A stretch of DNA of 64,000 nt, taken from NCBI GenBank assembly GCA_964497805.1, contig CAZCFB010000007.1, positions 11,849 through 75,848 of the forward strand, given 5' to 3'. This document shows, piece by piece, positions 8,715 through 18,018 of this stretch. This DNA comes from an uncultured Kofleriaceae bacterium (lineage in GTDB: Bacteria; Myxococcota_A; Polyangia; GCA-2747355; CAZCFB01). The notes under the pieces are model-generated. The model was given only the letters and a program-made list of their open reading frames with translations. It was not told the DNA's origin and searched no databases. The translations under genes and the position numbers were made by a program. Every line of letters starts with the position of its first letter. Within the stretch, counting starts at the first letter, position 1.

Positions 8715-9916
8715 GACGCCTTCTTTTCGCGGATCAGCTTGGGCCTGCTCCGATCAACAATGGTGGGCTCGTCGATGACGCACTCCACGATGCCTTCAAG
8801 GGAGGGGAGCTCGTACATCACGTCGAGCATCACCTCTTCGATGATGGAGCGCAGGCCGCGCGCGCCTGACTTGCGGCGGTACGCCTCTTCAGCCACGGCG
8901 CGCATTGCCTCCGGGGTGACCCGCAGCCGCACCCCCTCCATCTCGAACAGGCGCTGGTACTGACGCACCAGCGCGTTCTTGGGCTTCCACAGGATCTTGG
9001 TCAGCGAATCCACGTCCAGGTCGTCACAAGAAACCACGATGGGGATGCGCCCCACGAACTCGGGGATCATGCCGTACTTGATCAGGTCCTCGTGCTGCAC
9101 CTTGGCCCGCAGGGCGTTCTTGTCCTCGAGGTTGCGGTCCACGGTGGCGCCGAACCCGAGCCCCTTCTCCCCCACCCGGTTGCGCACCTGATCCTCCACG
9201 CCGGTGAAGCTGCCGGTGCAGATGAAGAGGATGTTGGTGGTGTCCACCTGGATCAGCTCTTGCTGGGGGCGGTTCCTGGAGCCGTCGGGGGTGATGGTCG
9301 CCTTGCGCCCCTCCAGCATCTTGAGCAGGGCCTGCTGCACGCCCTCGCCGGACACGTCCCGGCTCACCGAGGGGCCGCCAGCGCGGCGGGCGATCTTGTC
9401 CACCTCGTCAAGGCAGACGATGCCGTGGGAGGCCCGCTCCACGTCGCCGTCAGCCGCGCGGTACAGGGACTTGATGATGCTCTCGACGTCCTCGCCCACG
9501 TAGCCGGCCTCGGTGATGGTTGGGGGGTCGGCCATGGTGAACGGCACGTCGAGAATGCGGGCCAGGGTCTGGGCCAGCAGGGTCTTGCCGCAGCCCGAGG
9601 GGCCGAGCAGAAGGATGTTCCCCTTGGCCAACTCAACGTCCCCCGGCTTGCCCTTGTAGGAGATCCGCTTGTAGTGGTTGTAGACGGCCACAGCGAGGGC
9701 GCGCTTGGCGCCGTCCTGGCCGATTACGTAGCGGTCAAGCTCGTCAAGGATTTCCTGGGGGCGGGGGTACTGACGGTGGGCTGGGCTCTCGTCCTGCTCG
9801 ATGATCTCATTGCACAGGGCAACGCACTCGTCGCACACGTATACATTTGGCCCGCTGATCAGCTTGCGAACCTCGGAGCGGCGTTTACCGCAGAATGAGC
9901 AACGAATATCGTCCAC
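8711..9916 (-). CDS. clpX: ATP-dependent Clp protease ATP-binding subunit ClpX
   Basis: N-terminal zinc-binding domain '[11 protein letters not shown]...[11 protein letters not shown]', Walker A '[18 protein letters not shown]', '[11 protein letters not shown]', Walker B 'IVCLDEVDK', an LGF(IGF)-type loop 'GLGFGA', and '[10 protein letters not shown]'. No clpP gene is adjacent. Confidence 0.92.
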   Translation of the reverse strand: MDDIRCSFCGKRRSEVRKLISGPNVYVCDECVALCNEIIEQDESPAHRQYPRPQEILDELDRYVIGQDGAKRALAVAVYNHYKRISYKGKPGDVELAKGNILLLGPSGCGKTLLAQTLARILDVPFTMADPPTITEAGYVGEDVESIIKSLYRAADGDVERASHGIVCLDEVDKIARRAGGPSVSRDVSGEGVQQALLKMLEGRKATITPDGSRNRPQQELIQVDTTNILFICTGSFTGVEDQVRNRVGEKGLGFGATVDRNLEDKNALRAKVQHEDLIKYGMIPEFVGRIPIVVSCDDLDVDSLTKILWKPKNALVRQYQRLFEMEGVRLRVTPEAMRAVAEEAYRRKSGARGLRSIIEEVMLDVMYELPSLEGIVECVIDEPTIVDRSRPKLIREKKAS

Positions 9917-10057
9917 GAAACCTCTTTACCGCTGTGCCAATCCCTATTGTTACACAACTGGTATGACGGTCTATAGCATTTCCTGTGGAAGAGGGGAGGG
10001 AAAGTTCAACTCCGTGGTGGGGCAGCGGCGACGGCGGGATGGGCGGCGGCCCAGGAG

Positions 10058-10990
10058 CTAATGGGGCGCCTTGATGGGGGCCAGGCCCACCCGGAGCCCA
10101 CGGCGGGGGGGCTTGTGGGAGGTCAGCAAGGCGATGACCTTGCCCAGCTTCGTGTCACCCTCAATCCGGACCGGCACCCGGGCGCGATCCCTGGAGAACC
10201 AGATGGCCATGCGCCTGGGGGCGCGGTTGGGCCAGGGGGTGCCGTCGTCCTTGATCTTCTGCCCGGTGCCCTCCACCAGCACGGTGTTGTAGCCCTTGCC
10301 GTCGATGTACAGGCGCTCTTTGCCCGTCACCCTGGCCTTGACCAGCATCATGCTCGTGCCGTTGACCACCCTCATGACGTAGGTGTCCCCCACCTTCAGC
10401 CGCGATGAACGCAGGCTGAACAGGGCGGTGATCGGGTCCAGGTGAAAGCGCCCGGCGGTCATGTTGCGGTGGCGGTGGTAGACCTTGCCGTCCCTGGAGA
10501 GTTTCTGCTTGAGCGGCGCGCTCCAGGTGGTCTCCAGCAGGCGGTCCCGGTTGGGCGCCTTGCGGTCGGCCACCTGCTTGAGCGGCGCCATGTCCCGCAG
10601 CCGCACCGTGGTGATCAAGTCCTCGCGCATATAGCGGATGGCGGAGATGAAGGGCACCGTCTCGCCCATGCCGCGGATGCGTAGGCTGGCGCGCTTGCCC
10701 GTGCCCCGCACCTTGCCCACGGACATGGCCGCGCGGCCGCCCCACACGCCGGCCAGGCTCACCCGGTAGGTGAGGTACTCGCCGCTGCCCCAGCCCACCT
10801 TCCGGCGGGCCACCCTGGCGCGCTTCTTTATCGGCTTGATCACCTTCAGCCGGGCCATGGGGATGATGCCGGGGGCCTGGATCATACGGGTGGCAATTGC
10901 GCTCTTTTCGGCGGGGCCGCCGGCCAGGGCAGGGGAGGCCGGCGCCAGGAGCGCCGTGCCGAGGAGTATGCTGAGTATTTTGCGTCTCAT
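10058..10990 (-). CDS. Secreted DUF3108-like protein
   Basis: Signal peptide 'ILSILLGTALLAPASPALA'. 'GEYLTYRVSLAGVWGGRAAMSVG' and the overall beta-rich pattern resemble the DUF3108 family as I remember it. No enzyme motif seen. Confidence 0.55.
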   Translation of the reverse strand: MRRKILSILLGTALLAPASPALAGGPAEKSAIATRMIQAPGIIPMARLKVIKPIKKRARVARRKVGWGSGEYLTYRVSLAGVWGGRAAMSVGKVRGTGKRASLRIRGMGETVPFISAIRYMREDLITTVRLRDMAPLKQVADRKAPNRDRLLETTWSAPLKQKLSRDGKVYHRHRNMTAGRFHLDPITALFSLRSSRLKVGDTYVMRVVNGTSMMLVKARVTGKERLYIDGKGYNTVLVEGTGQKIKDDGTPWPNRAPRRMAIWFSRDRARVPVRIEGDTKLGKVIALLTSHKPPRRGLRVGLAPIKAPH

Positions 10991-10997
10991 GTTGCCT

Positions 10998-11025
10998 TTG
11001 ACGCGCCAGGTTGGGCGCCTATTTA
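10998..11025 (+). promoter_or_regulatory. Candidate sigma70-type promoter upstream of pdxA
   Basis: TTGACG (10998-11003), a 16-nt spacer, then TATTTA (11020-11025). It lies in the 78-bp divergent intergenic region about 45 nt upstream of the GTG at 11069, which has an 'AGGAGGAG' SD. Sequence match only. Confidence 0.3.
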
Positions 11026-11068
11026 CTCCCTAGTTTGATATTGTACGTCATACGCACAGGAGGAGCTT

Positions 11069-12046
11069 GTGAGCGTACGCGTGGCCATCAGCATGGGAGA
11101 CCCGGCCGGGATCGGACCCGAGATCATCCTGCGGGTGTTGCAGCGGCCAACCCCGGGCGTCTCTCCAAGGGTGTTTGGTTGCCGGGCCGTGTTCCGGCGC
11201 GCCGCCGCCCGCCTGGGGCTCAACCCGAGCCCACCTGGCGTGGTCTGGGCAGAAACCTCCTCTGCCGATGACGGCGTGGATCAGGTGGAGCCGGGGGTGT
11301 CCGATGCCCGGGCCGGCGCCCTGTCGGTGAGCGCGCTGGATACGGCCATGGCGGCGGTTGTGAGGGGCCGGGCCGACGCCCTGGTCACCGCGCCAATCAC
11401 CAAGGCCTCGGCCAGAGAGGGGGGCTTCCCCTTCCCCGGACACACCGAGTTCCTGGCCCACCGCTGCGGCGTGGCGGAGGTGGCCATGATGCTGGCAGGG
11501 CCCACCCTCCGCGTGGTGCCGCTAACAGGCCATGTCCCCCTGTACGCGGTGAGCGAGTGCATCGACGTGGGGCTGGTGCGCGACACCATCCTGCTCACCA
11601 TTGAGACCCTCACCCGGGACCTCGGGATCCACCGGCCCAGGGTGGCCATGGCCGGCCTGAACCCCCACGCCGGCGAGAACGGAATGCTCGGCGAGGAGGA
11701 GCAGGATCTGCTGGAGCCCGGCGTGGCCCTGGCCGTCGAGGCGTTGGAGAAGACCGAGGCCCGCGCCAGGGTGGAGGGCCCGCTGCCCGCCGACGGCCTC
11801 TTCGTCAGCGCCACCAAGTATGACGCCATCGTCTGCTGCTACCACGACCAGGCCATGATCCCGATCAAGATCCGCCACCGCGACGACGCGGTGAACCACA
11901 CCCTCGGCCTGCCAATCGTCCGCACCTCGCCGGCCCACGGCAGCGCCCTGGACATCGCGGCCAAGGGCGGCGCACGGCCCGACTCAATGGCCGCGGCCAT
12001 CAAGATGGCGGTGGATATCGTGCGGCGGCGCCAGCGGGCGCGATAA
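11069..12046 (+). CDS. pdxA: 4-hydroxythreonine-4-phosphate dehydrogenase PdxA
   Basis: 'ISMGDPAGIGPEI', 'VTAPITK', 'FPGHTEFLA', 'GLNPHAGENG', 'YHDQAMIP' and 'RTSPAHGSALDIA' are classic PdxA motifs. Confidence 0.9.
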   Translation: MSVRVAISMGDPAGIGPEIILRVLQRPTPGVSPRVFGCRAVFRRAAARLGLNPSPPGVVWAETSSADDGVDQVEPGVSDARAGALSVSALDTAMAAVVRGRADALVTAPITKASAREGGFPFPGHTEFLAHRCGVAEVAMMLAGPTLRVVPLTGHVPLYAVSECIDVGLVRDTILLTIETLTRDLGIHRPRVAMAGLNPHAGENGMLGEEEQDLLEPGVALAVEALEKTEARARVEGPLPADGLFVSATKYDAIVCCYHDQAMIPIKIRHRDDAVNHTLGLPIVRTSPAHGSALDIAAKGGARPDSMAAAIKMAVDIVRRRQRAR

Positions 12047-12049
12047 CGA

Positions 12050-13882
12050 CTAGTCCTGATTCGCCTCGAACCGGGCCATGTAGGTTTCGGCCACCCTCGC
12101 GACGTCCAGGCGGAGCTCCCGGGCCACGGCCTTGATGAAGCCGCGCAGGTACACCGGCGCGGGCATGGCGTGGAAGTCCTCCTCCTCCATGGCGCGCAGG
12201 TAGGCCAGGGAGATCTTGGTCCGGTTGCACAGGTCGTCCACCTCCAGGCCGCGGGCCTCGCGCACCTGCCGGATCAGGTCCCCCGTGTACTCGGTGTCGT
12301 CGTCCAGGGCCGGCATATCGGGCAGGTCCTCCAGGGGCGGCGGATTCGCCGGGGCGATGATCCCCTCGGACACGGCCGAGGCCGCCGCGCTCCCCTCTGA
12401 GACCTGCTGGGTGATGTCCTTGACGCCGGGGAAGGTGGCCTTGTTGTAGAGGTGGCGCTTCTCCGGGTCCACCAGGGTGGCGTACGCGTCCTCGATGCGG
12501 CGGTGCAGCTGCTCCACCTCCTCGGGCGGGGCGATGCCGAGCACGGCGGTGGAGTCGTGGGCGTAGACGGCGCGCACCCGGCGCTGGGCCCGGCGCACCT
12601 CCTCCTCGGTGGCGCCTGGGTGGAGCCCGAGGATCTCGTAGTGGTTCTGCTGGGCCAGCGGCTTGGGCACCCGCATGCACTCGGGCCGCTCCTTGGTCTC
12701 CAGCTGGATCACCCGCCGCACAACGCGCTCCAGGTCCTTGCAAACCTTGGCGTCGGGGTACTCCACCATCAGGGGGCGCCGCTTGCGCACGGTCACCCAG
12801 GCGAGGTCGTCGTTCTCCACTGGGCCGAGGTAGTCCAGGGGGAGGCCGACATGCCGGCGGCCGGCCACGGTGAGGGCCGGGCCGAGCTTGAGGTCGTCGC
12901 GGGTGCGCACCTTGTTCACCACCAGGCGCGGCTTGAATGAGGCCATCACATGGTGGATCGCCTCGGCCATGGCCGGGTTGCGCTGCATGGCCAGGGCCCT
13001 CATCTGGTTGGGAGTTGGGAGGCCGGCATAGGCCCCCGGGCGCAGCTCCTCGATGAGGGCCTTCATGCCGGGCAGCCCCGCCGCCTTGCGGATGAATGCG
13101 CTCTTGATCAGGCGGAAGCTGCTCTCGATGGAGGTGGGCTCGGGCAGGGTCAGGACCAGGTGGAGGTCAGCCACCAGGAAGAGGTCGAGCACGTTGAAGG
13201 AGGTGCCAGGGTCGAGGTCGATGACCACCACGTCGGCCGGCAGGTTTCGGATCTTGGAGAGCAGCAGGTTCTTCTGGGTGGGGCGCGGGTTGGCCGCGGC
13301 GTAGCCGTTCTGGTGCCCGGGGATCAGGCGCAGGGAGGGGAAGGGGGTCTCACACAGGGAGTCTTCCAGGCTCGCGCCCTCCTTGCGCAGGAAGTCGTGC
13401 AGAGTGGGGCCTGTCTCATTAGCGCCCACGAGGGTGTGGAGGTTGGGGGAGCCCAGGGCGGCGTCCACCAGGATCACCTCCTTGCCAAGCTGCGCAAGGT
13501 AGATTCCGAGGCTGGCGGCCATGAGGCTCTTGCCCACGCCCCCCTTACCGCTGGCCACGGCGATGACCATGCTCGGGGTGGGACGGGATCGCCGCAAGGT
13601 TTCCTCGTCATCCTCGTCAATGGGCTGAGGCGCGGGGGTCAGCTCATCAACGGGTATCTCCGGCTCGGTGGGCGTCTCGGCGATGGGGGGCTCGTCTTCA
13701 GGAACGGGAGGGGGAACGGCCGGCGTATCCGCTGCCGGTGTAGGGGCTATCTTCGCGTCCCAGTCCACCACCACGCTCTCTGGCTTCTCGGCCGGCTCGA
13801 TGAGCTCTTCCAGGTCTCCGCCGCCGTCATTGGGCTCTTTATCGCTCATGGCGTCCATTCTTATCATAGGTGTCCTGGACAC
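12050..13882 (-). CDS. Multidomain protein: acidic/Pro-rich N-terminus, MinD/ParA-type P-loop ATPase, J-like domain and a RodZ-type HTH
   Basis: Deviant Walker A 'VASGKGGVGKSLMAASLG'. J-like 'NHYEILGLHPGATEEEVRRAQRRVRAVYAHD...EDAYATLVDPEKRHLYN', with HPD replaced by AHD. C-terminal 'GDLIRQVREARGLEVDDLCNRTKISLAYLRAMEEEDFHAMPAPVYLRGFIKAVAREL' resembles the RodZ/HTH_25 N-terminal domain. Several in-frame ATG/GTG starts lie in the first 12 codons, so the start is uncertain. Confidence 0.75.
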   Translation of the reverse strand: MSRTPMIRMDAMSDKEPNDGGGDLEELIEPAEKPESVVVDWDAKIAPTPAADTPAVPPPVPEDEPPIAETPTEPEIPVDELTPAPQPIDEDDEETLRRSRPTPSMVIAVASGKGGVGKSLMAASLGIYLAQLGKEVILVDAALGSPNLHTLVGANETGPTLHDFLRKEGASLEDSLCETPFPSLRLIPGHQNGYAAANPRPTQKNLLLSKIRNLPADVVVIDLDPGTSFNVLDLFLVADLHLVLTLPEPTSIESSFRLIKSAFIRKAAGLPGMKALIEELRPGAYAGLPTPNQMRALAMQRNPAMAEAIHHVMASFKPRLVVNKVRTRDDLKLGPALTVAGRRHVGLPLDYLGPVENDDLAWVTVRKRRPLMVEYPDAKVCKDLERVVRRVIQLETKERPECMRVPKPLAQQNHYEILGLHPGATEEEVRRAQRRVRAVYAHDSTAVLGIAPPEEVEQLHRRIEDAYATLVDPEKRHLYNKATFPGVKDITQQVSEGSAAASAVSEGIIAPANPPPLEDLPDMPALDDDTEYTGDLIRQVREARGLEVDDLCNRTKISLAYLRAMEEEDFHAMPAPVYLRGFIKAVARELRLDVARVAETYMARFEANQD

Positions 13883-13949
13883 GCGGTGATAAACTTGGTA
13901 GGTAATTACGAAGCAAAAAACTGTTTATCCTGAATACTCGGAGGGTTGC

Positions 13950-14225
13950 ATGCCGGCCGTTCGGAAACCGATTGATAAGCCCGAGAGAGCCCGCCAGCTC
14001 GCCCGCGCTATCTCTTCTGACCTCAGCCTCTACAACGAGGAGAAGATCCTTGAGGGTATCCAGAATGATACCCTCTTCGAGGTGATGGAGGAGGAGATCC
14101 AGGAGGGGCGTGACCTGTTCAAGAGCCGGGTCACGGACCAGATCTTCACCATGAACATCTACGACCGTGCCATCGTGGATGTGCTCGTCAAGTCCAAGGG
14201 GCACGTCAAGTCCGCGATCTGGTAG
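13950..14225 (+). CDS. Small hypothetical protein (91 aa)
   Basis: ATG preceded by a 'GGAGGG' SD. Plausible charged, helical composition ('ISSDLSLYNEEKILEGIQNDTLFEVMEEEIQEGRDLF'). It lies directly upstream of rluD. I do not recognise a family. Confidence 0.5.
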   Translation: MPAVRKPIDKPERARQLARAISSDLSLYNEEKILEGIQNDTLFEVMEEEIQEGRDLFKSRVTDQIFTMNIYDRAIVDVLVKSKGHVKSAIW

Positions 14226-14260
14226 AGCCCGCACAGGAACCGGCTGTCCACGAGTTCACG

Positions 14261-15187
14261 GTGTCCCAAGGGGATGCTGGTGGGCGCCTGGACCAGTTTC
14301 TGGCCGGCCAACTGCCAACGGTCACACGCAGCAAGCTCAAACGGCACATCGACCTGGGCGCTTGCCTGGTCAACGGTGAGCCCGGGCGCCCGGCCCAGAA
14401 GCTCCACCTTGGGGACGAGGTGCGCTACACGCCGCCACCCCCCCCTCCATCCGAGGTCGTCCCCCAGGATATTCCCCTGAACGTGATCCACGAGGACCCG
14501 GCGGTCATCGTGCTGGACAAGACGCCCGGCATGGTGGTCCACCCGGCGGCGGGGCACCCAGACGGCACCCTGGTCAACGCCCTGCTCGGGCGATACGGAG
14601 CGCTCACCGAGGCCGGGGGGGCGTGGCGGGCCGGCATCGTGCACCGCCTGGACAAGGACACCAGCGGGGTGATGGTGGTGGCCCGCTCCGACGAGGCCCA
14701 CGCCGCCCTGGCCGCGCAGTTCGCCTGCCACTCGGTGGAGCGCCGATACCATGCCCTGGTGACGGGGACGCCGGGCAAGGGCGGGAGCGGGACCTTCGAC
14801 ACCCTGCACGGCCGCCACCCGACCCAGCGCAAGAAATTCAGCAGCCGCGTCAAGCGCGGGCGCCGGGCGGTGACGCACTACCGAGTGCTGGAATCCCTGG
14901 GGTTGGCGAGCCTGGTGGAGGCCACGCTGGAGACGGGACGCACCCACCAGGTGAGGGTGCACTTCGCCGACTCGGGACGCCCGGTGCTGGGCGACCCGCT
15001 CTACGCCAGGCCTCCGCGCCATGCGCTGTTGCGTGAGCTGGCCGCGGACCTGGGGCGCCAGGCCCTGCACGCCCGGGTCCTGGCCTTTGACCACCCCGAA
15101 AGCGGCGAGCGCCTGCGCTTCGTGTCGGAGCCGCCCGAGGACATGGCCCGCGCGCTGACGCGGTTGAGATTGGAGCACGAAGCATGA
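14261..15187 (+). CDS. rluD: 23S rRNA pseudouridine synthase, RluD/RluA family
   Basis: S4-like N-terminus 'GGRLDQFLAG...SKLKRHIDLGACLVNG', catalytic 'HRLDKDTSGVMVVA' and 'TGRTHQVRVH'. The listed start is GTG. The frame is open upstream and the only possible earlier start is CTG at 14219. Confidence 0.88.
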   Translation: MSQGDAGGRLDQFLAGQLPTVTRSKLKRHIDLGACLVNGEPGRPAQKLHLGDEVRYTPPPPPPSEVVPQDIPLNVIHEDPAVIVLDKTPGMVVHPAAGHPDGTLVNALLGRYGALTEAGGAWRAGIVHRLDKDTSGVMVVARSDEAHAALAAQFACHSVERRYHALVTGTPGKGGSGTFDTLHGRHPTQRKKFSSRVKRGRRAVTHYRVLESLGLASLVEATLETGRTHQVRVHFADSGRPVLGDPLYARPPRHALLRELAADLGRQALHARVLAFDHPESGERLRFVSEPPEDMARALTRLRLEHEA

Positions 15188-15984
15188 GCGGTGACGGTAA
15201 CTACATCCTCGATGAGGCCGGGCAGGGGGCCGTTGTGCTGCGTTGTCCGGAGCTGGATCTGCCGGGGGTGGAGCACGGCTTCGCCACCCGCCTGGGCGGC
15301 GTGAGCGTCGGCACGCGGGCCAGCCTGAACTTCGGCATCAAGGGCGGGGATCCATTGGAAAACGTGCTGGAGAACCAGCGCCGCCTGTGCCAGCGCCTCG
15401 GTCTCTCTCCCGAGCGTCTCTACCGGCAGACGCAGGTCCACGGGCGGGCGGTGCAGCTCGTGGCCGGCGGGGATGATGCGGGCAGTGTCTGGGAGGGGGA
15501 ATCGGACGCCATGGTCACGGGCACCCACGGGTGCGCCCTCGGGGTGGTCACGGCAGACTGTGTGCCCCTGCTCCTGGCCTCGCGCCGGGACGGACGCCGA
15601 GCGGTGGCCGCGGTGCACGCCGGCTGGCGGGGCATCGTGGGGGGCGTGATCCAGGCGGCCCTGGCCAGGCTCACGGCCAGCTTCGGGTGCGCGCCAGAAG
15701 ACCTGGCGGCAGCCACCGGGCCCTGCATCGGCCCCTGCTGCTACGAGGTGGGCGAGGAGGTGGCCGGTCAGTTCAGCGAGATCCCCGGGGCGGTGGTTTC
15801 GCAAGGTGACGGGCGTCGCCCTCATCTTGACCTTCCCGCCGCGGTCTCCCGTGTGTTGGCGGAACAGGGCGTGGCCGTGAGCCACGCGGGCCTTTGCACC
15901 AGGTGCCGCGAGGACCTGTTCTATTCCTACCGTCGGGACGCATCGGGGACGGGCCTGCAGATGAGCGTAATTGCGTTGACCTAG
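15184..15984 (+). CDS. pgeF: Laccase-domain protein / peptidoglycan editing factor, YfiH/PgeF family
   Basis: 'QVHGRAV', 'DAMVT', 'TADCVPLLL', 'AAVHAGWRG', 'GPCIGPCCYEVG' and 'CTRC...FYSYRRD'. ATGA overlap with rluD at 15184-15187. rluD-yfiH synteny is known from E. coli. Confidence 0.85.
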   Translation: MSGDGNYILDEAGQGAVVLRCPELDLPGVEHGFATRLGGVSVGTRASLNFGIKGGDPLENVLENQRRLCQRLGLSPERLYRQTQVHGRAVQLVAGGDDAGSVWEGESDAMVTGTHGCALGVVTADCVPLLLASRRDGRRAVAAVHAGWRGIVGGVIQAALARLTASFGCAPEDLAAATGPCIGPCCYEVGEEVAGQFSEIPGAVVSQGDGRRPHLDLPAAVSRVLAEQGVAVSHAGLCTRCREDLFYSYRRDASGTGLQMSVIALT

Positions 15985-16026
15985 ACGTAAACCTGGGCCG
16001 TGGGCCGTGACCGTCCAAGCTCTCAC

Positions 16027-17049
16027 CTACAACGACACCTGCTCGATCTGCGCCCCCTCCACATCAATACTCCCAGCCCCAAGCTTCGCCGCCTTTGCCA
16101 GGTACCCAACCTTGTCAGGCTCGAGGCCCAGCCAGCGGCAGGCGTAGGCGTCCGTCAGCACCGGATCCCAGGCGACCAGGAGCCTATCAATGTGTTCCAC
16201 CTTCCCCGGCCCCACCGGCCCTTTCTCGGTGAGCACCCTCGAGGCGTCGGCGATGGTGATGGTGGGGCGCATTACGGCGGCCAGCTCCGCGATGCAGCCG
16301 TGGAGGTCGGCCCGGTGGTATGCGGCCCGGCGCCAGATGCAGCCCATGAGCTTCTTCACGGCCCCGGACATGGACACCCCCTGGTGGTGCTTGATCACTG
16401 GCATGTTGATGAGGACATCGCAGCGCAGCAGCACCGACGGCACCGCTTGCCACTTTAGCTCCCTGGCGTGGATCGGCATGCGCAGGAAGTCGTCCACCCG
16501 CACATGCTGCTCCGGACTCCAGGGGCTGAGCAGGGCGGCACCCGTACCCCGGGTGGCCTGGTACGCGCCGTTGATGCGGTAGGCGCGCGGCGTGGGATCG
16601 CAGCCCAGGTCAAGGCAGGTGATACTGCTGGCCCCGGCCTCCTTGCAGAAGGAGATTACCCGCCGCACCAGCTCCGGGCTGGTGGTGGCGCCCTTGCCGG
16701 GGGCGCTGGCCCAGGCGAAGTTCGGCGTGAGCACCACCCGGTCGCCCCGGTTGATCAGGGGGCGCGTGGCCCCCAACGCCCTCAGCCCCAGGGGCGCCAT
16801 GTCTTCCAGGCTCTTGCCCGCCACCACCACCATGTCCGCCGAGGGGGGCTTGATCCGCCTTATACCGCCAAGACAGTCCTGCTTGGGTACATGGGCCGGC
16901 GGCGGGGACCGATCGGCCTGGGTGTCGTCCTTGCGCTCGCTCCTGCTGGCCCGCGGCTCCTCCTGCGCCAAGGCCCGGCCTCCAAGGCAGGCCCCCCCCA
17001 GCGCCGCTGCGCCGCCGATGAATTCCCGCCTGCTGGTCCCGCCGGTCAC
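16027..17049 (-). CDS. Tat-exported DUF362-like protein
   Basis: Twin-arginine signal 'TSRREFIGGAAALGGA'. The body ('VVLTPNFAWA...', 'DVLINMPVIKHHQGVSMSGAVKKLMG') resembles DUF362. The GTG start abuts the galE stop. Confidence 0.55.
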   Translation of the reverse strand: MTGGTSRREFIGGAAALGGACLGGRALAQEEPRASRSERKDDTQADRSPPPAHVPKQDCLGGIRRIKPPSADMVVVAGKSLEDMAPLGLRALGATRPLINRGDRVVLTPNFAWASAPGKGATTSPELVRRVISFCKEAGASSITCLDLGCDPTPRAYRINGAYQATRGTGAALLSPWSPEQHVRVDDFLRMPIHARELKWQAVPSVLLRCDVLINMPVIKHHQGVSMSGAVKKLMGCIWRRAAYHRADLHGCIAELAAVMRPTITIADASRVLTEKGPVGPGKVEHIDRLLVAWDPVLTDAYACRWLGLEPDKVGYLAKAAKLGAGSIDVEGAQIEQVSL

Positions 17050-18018
17050 TCAGGCGCTCCCCTTGTGGAATGCCCAGGCCGAGGCGATTAGCCCCTCCAG
17101 GTCAGAGCGGGTGGCCCGCCAGCCGAGCACCTCCCGGGCGCGGTCTGCAGAGGCCACGAGCTCCGGCGGGTCCCCGGGCCGCCGGGGGGCGTCCTCGGCC
17201 GGGATCTCGGCGCCCGTCACCCGCCGCGCGGCCTCGATCACCTCCAACACCGAGTAGCCGCGGCCGGTGCCCAGATTCAGGGCCAGGCTGCTGTCCTCGG
17301 CGGCCATCCACTCCAGGGCGGCCAGGTGAGCCTCGGCCAGATCGAGCACATGGATGTAGTCCCGCACGCAGCTCCCGTCAGGGGTGTCGTAGTCCCGGCC
17401 GAACACCTTGATCGACGGGCGCTGGCCAGTGGGTACCTGGAGCACCAGGGGGATCAGGTGAGTCTCCGGCACATGCCGCTCCCCCAGCCCCTCCCGGGCC
17501 AGGGCCCCGGACGCGTTGAAGTAGCGCAAGGCCGCCGTGCGCAGGCCGTACGCCTCGCCGTAAGCCTTGAGCATGCGCTCGATGGCCAGCTTGGTGTCGC
17601 CGTACGGGTTCACCGGAACCTGGGGGTGGTCCTCGGGGATCGGCACCTGGCAGGGCTCGCCGTAGGTGGCCGCGGTGGATGAGAAGACCAGGTTCCGCAC
17701 ATTGTTGGCGCGCATGGCGTCCAGCAGGTTCAACGCCCCTACCAGGTTGTCGTGGAAGTAGAGGCGCGGGCGGGCCACAGACTCGGACACCTGGGAGTGG
17801 GCGGCGAAGTGCATCACCGCGTCGGGGCGCTGCTCGGCCATGGCCGCCTCCACCTGGGCCAGCACGCAAAGGTCGCCCTTTATCAGGGGGCCGCGCACGG
17901 CGTCGGCGTGGCCGTTGCTCAGGTTGTCGAACACCACGGTGTCGTGCCCCTGGCTGCGCAGGTAATGGGTGGTGATGCTGCCGATGTATCCGGCCCCGCC
18001 CGTGATCATGATCTTCAT
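17050..18018 (-). CDS. galE: UDP-glucose 4-epimerase GalE
   Basis: 'MKIMITGGAGYIGS', 'YGDTKLAIE' (YxxxK), 'RYFNASGA' and 'DGSCVRDYIHVLDLA'. The track ORF (to 18240) has a 74-codon Arg/Pro-rich extension that I reject. The ATG at 18018 overlaps the upstream stop (ATGA). Confidence 0.9.
   Translation of the reverse strand: MKIMITGGAGYIGSITTHYLRSQGHDTVVFDNLSNGHADAVRGPLIKGDLCVLAQVEAAMAEQRPDAVMHFAAHSQVSESVARPRLYFHDNLVGALNLLDAMRANNVRNLVFSSTAATYGEPCQVPIPEDHPQVPVNPYGDTKLAIERMLKAYGEAYGLRTAALRYFNASGALAREGLGERHVPETHLIPLVLQVPTGQRPSIKVFGRDYDTPDGSCVRDYIHVLDLAEAHLAALEWMAAEDSSLALNLGTGRGYSVLEVIEAARRVTGAEIPAEDAPRRPGDPPELVASADRAREVLGWRATRSDLEGLIASAWAFHKGSA

Noticed and set aside
9917-10057. Sigma-54-like 'TTGGCAC' and possible heat-shock promoter upstream of clpX
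   Set aside because: TGGCAC is followed after 5 nt by 'TAAAG' rather than the required TTGC -12 element. I could find no convincing CIRCE or sigma-32 consensus. The region is left unannotated.
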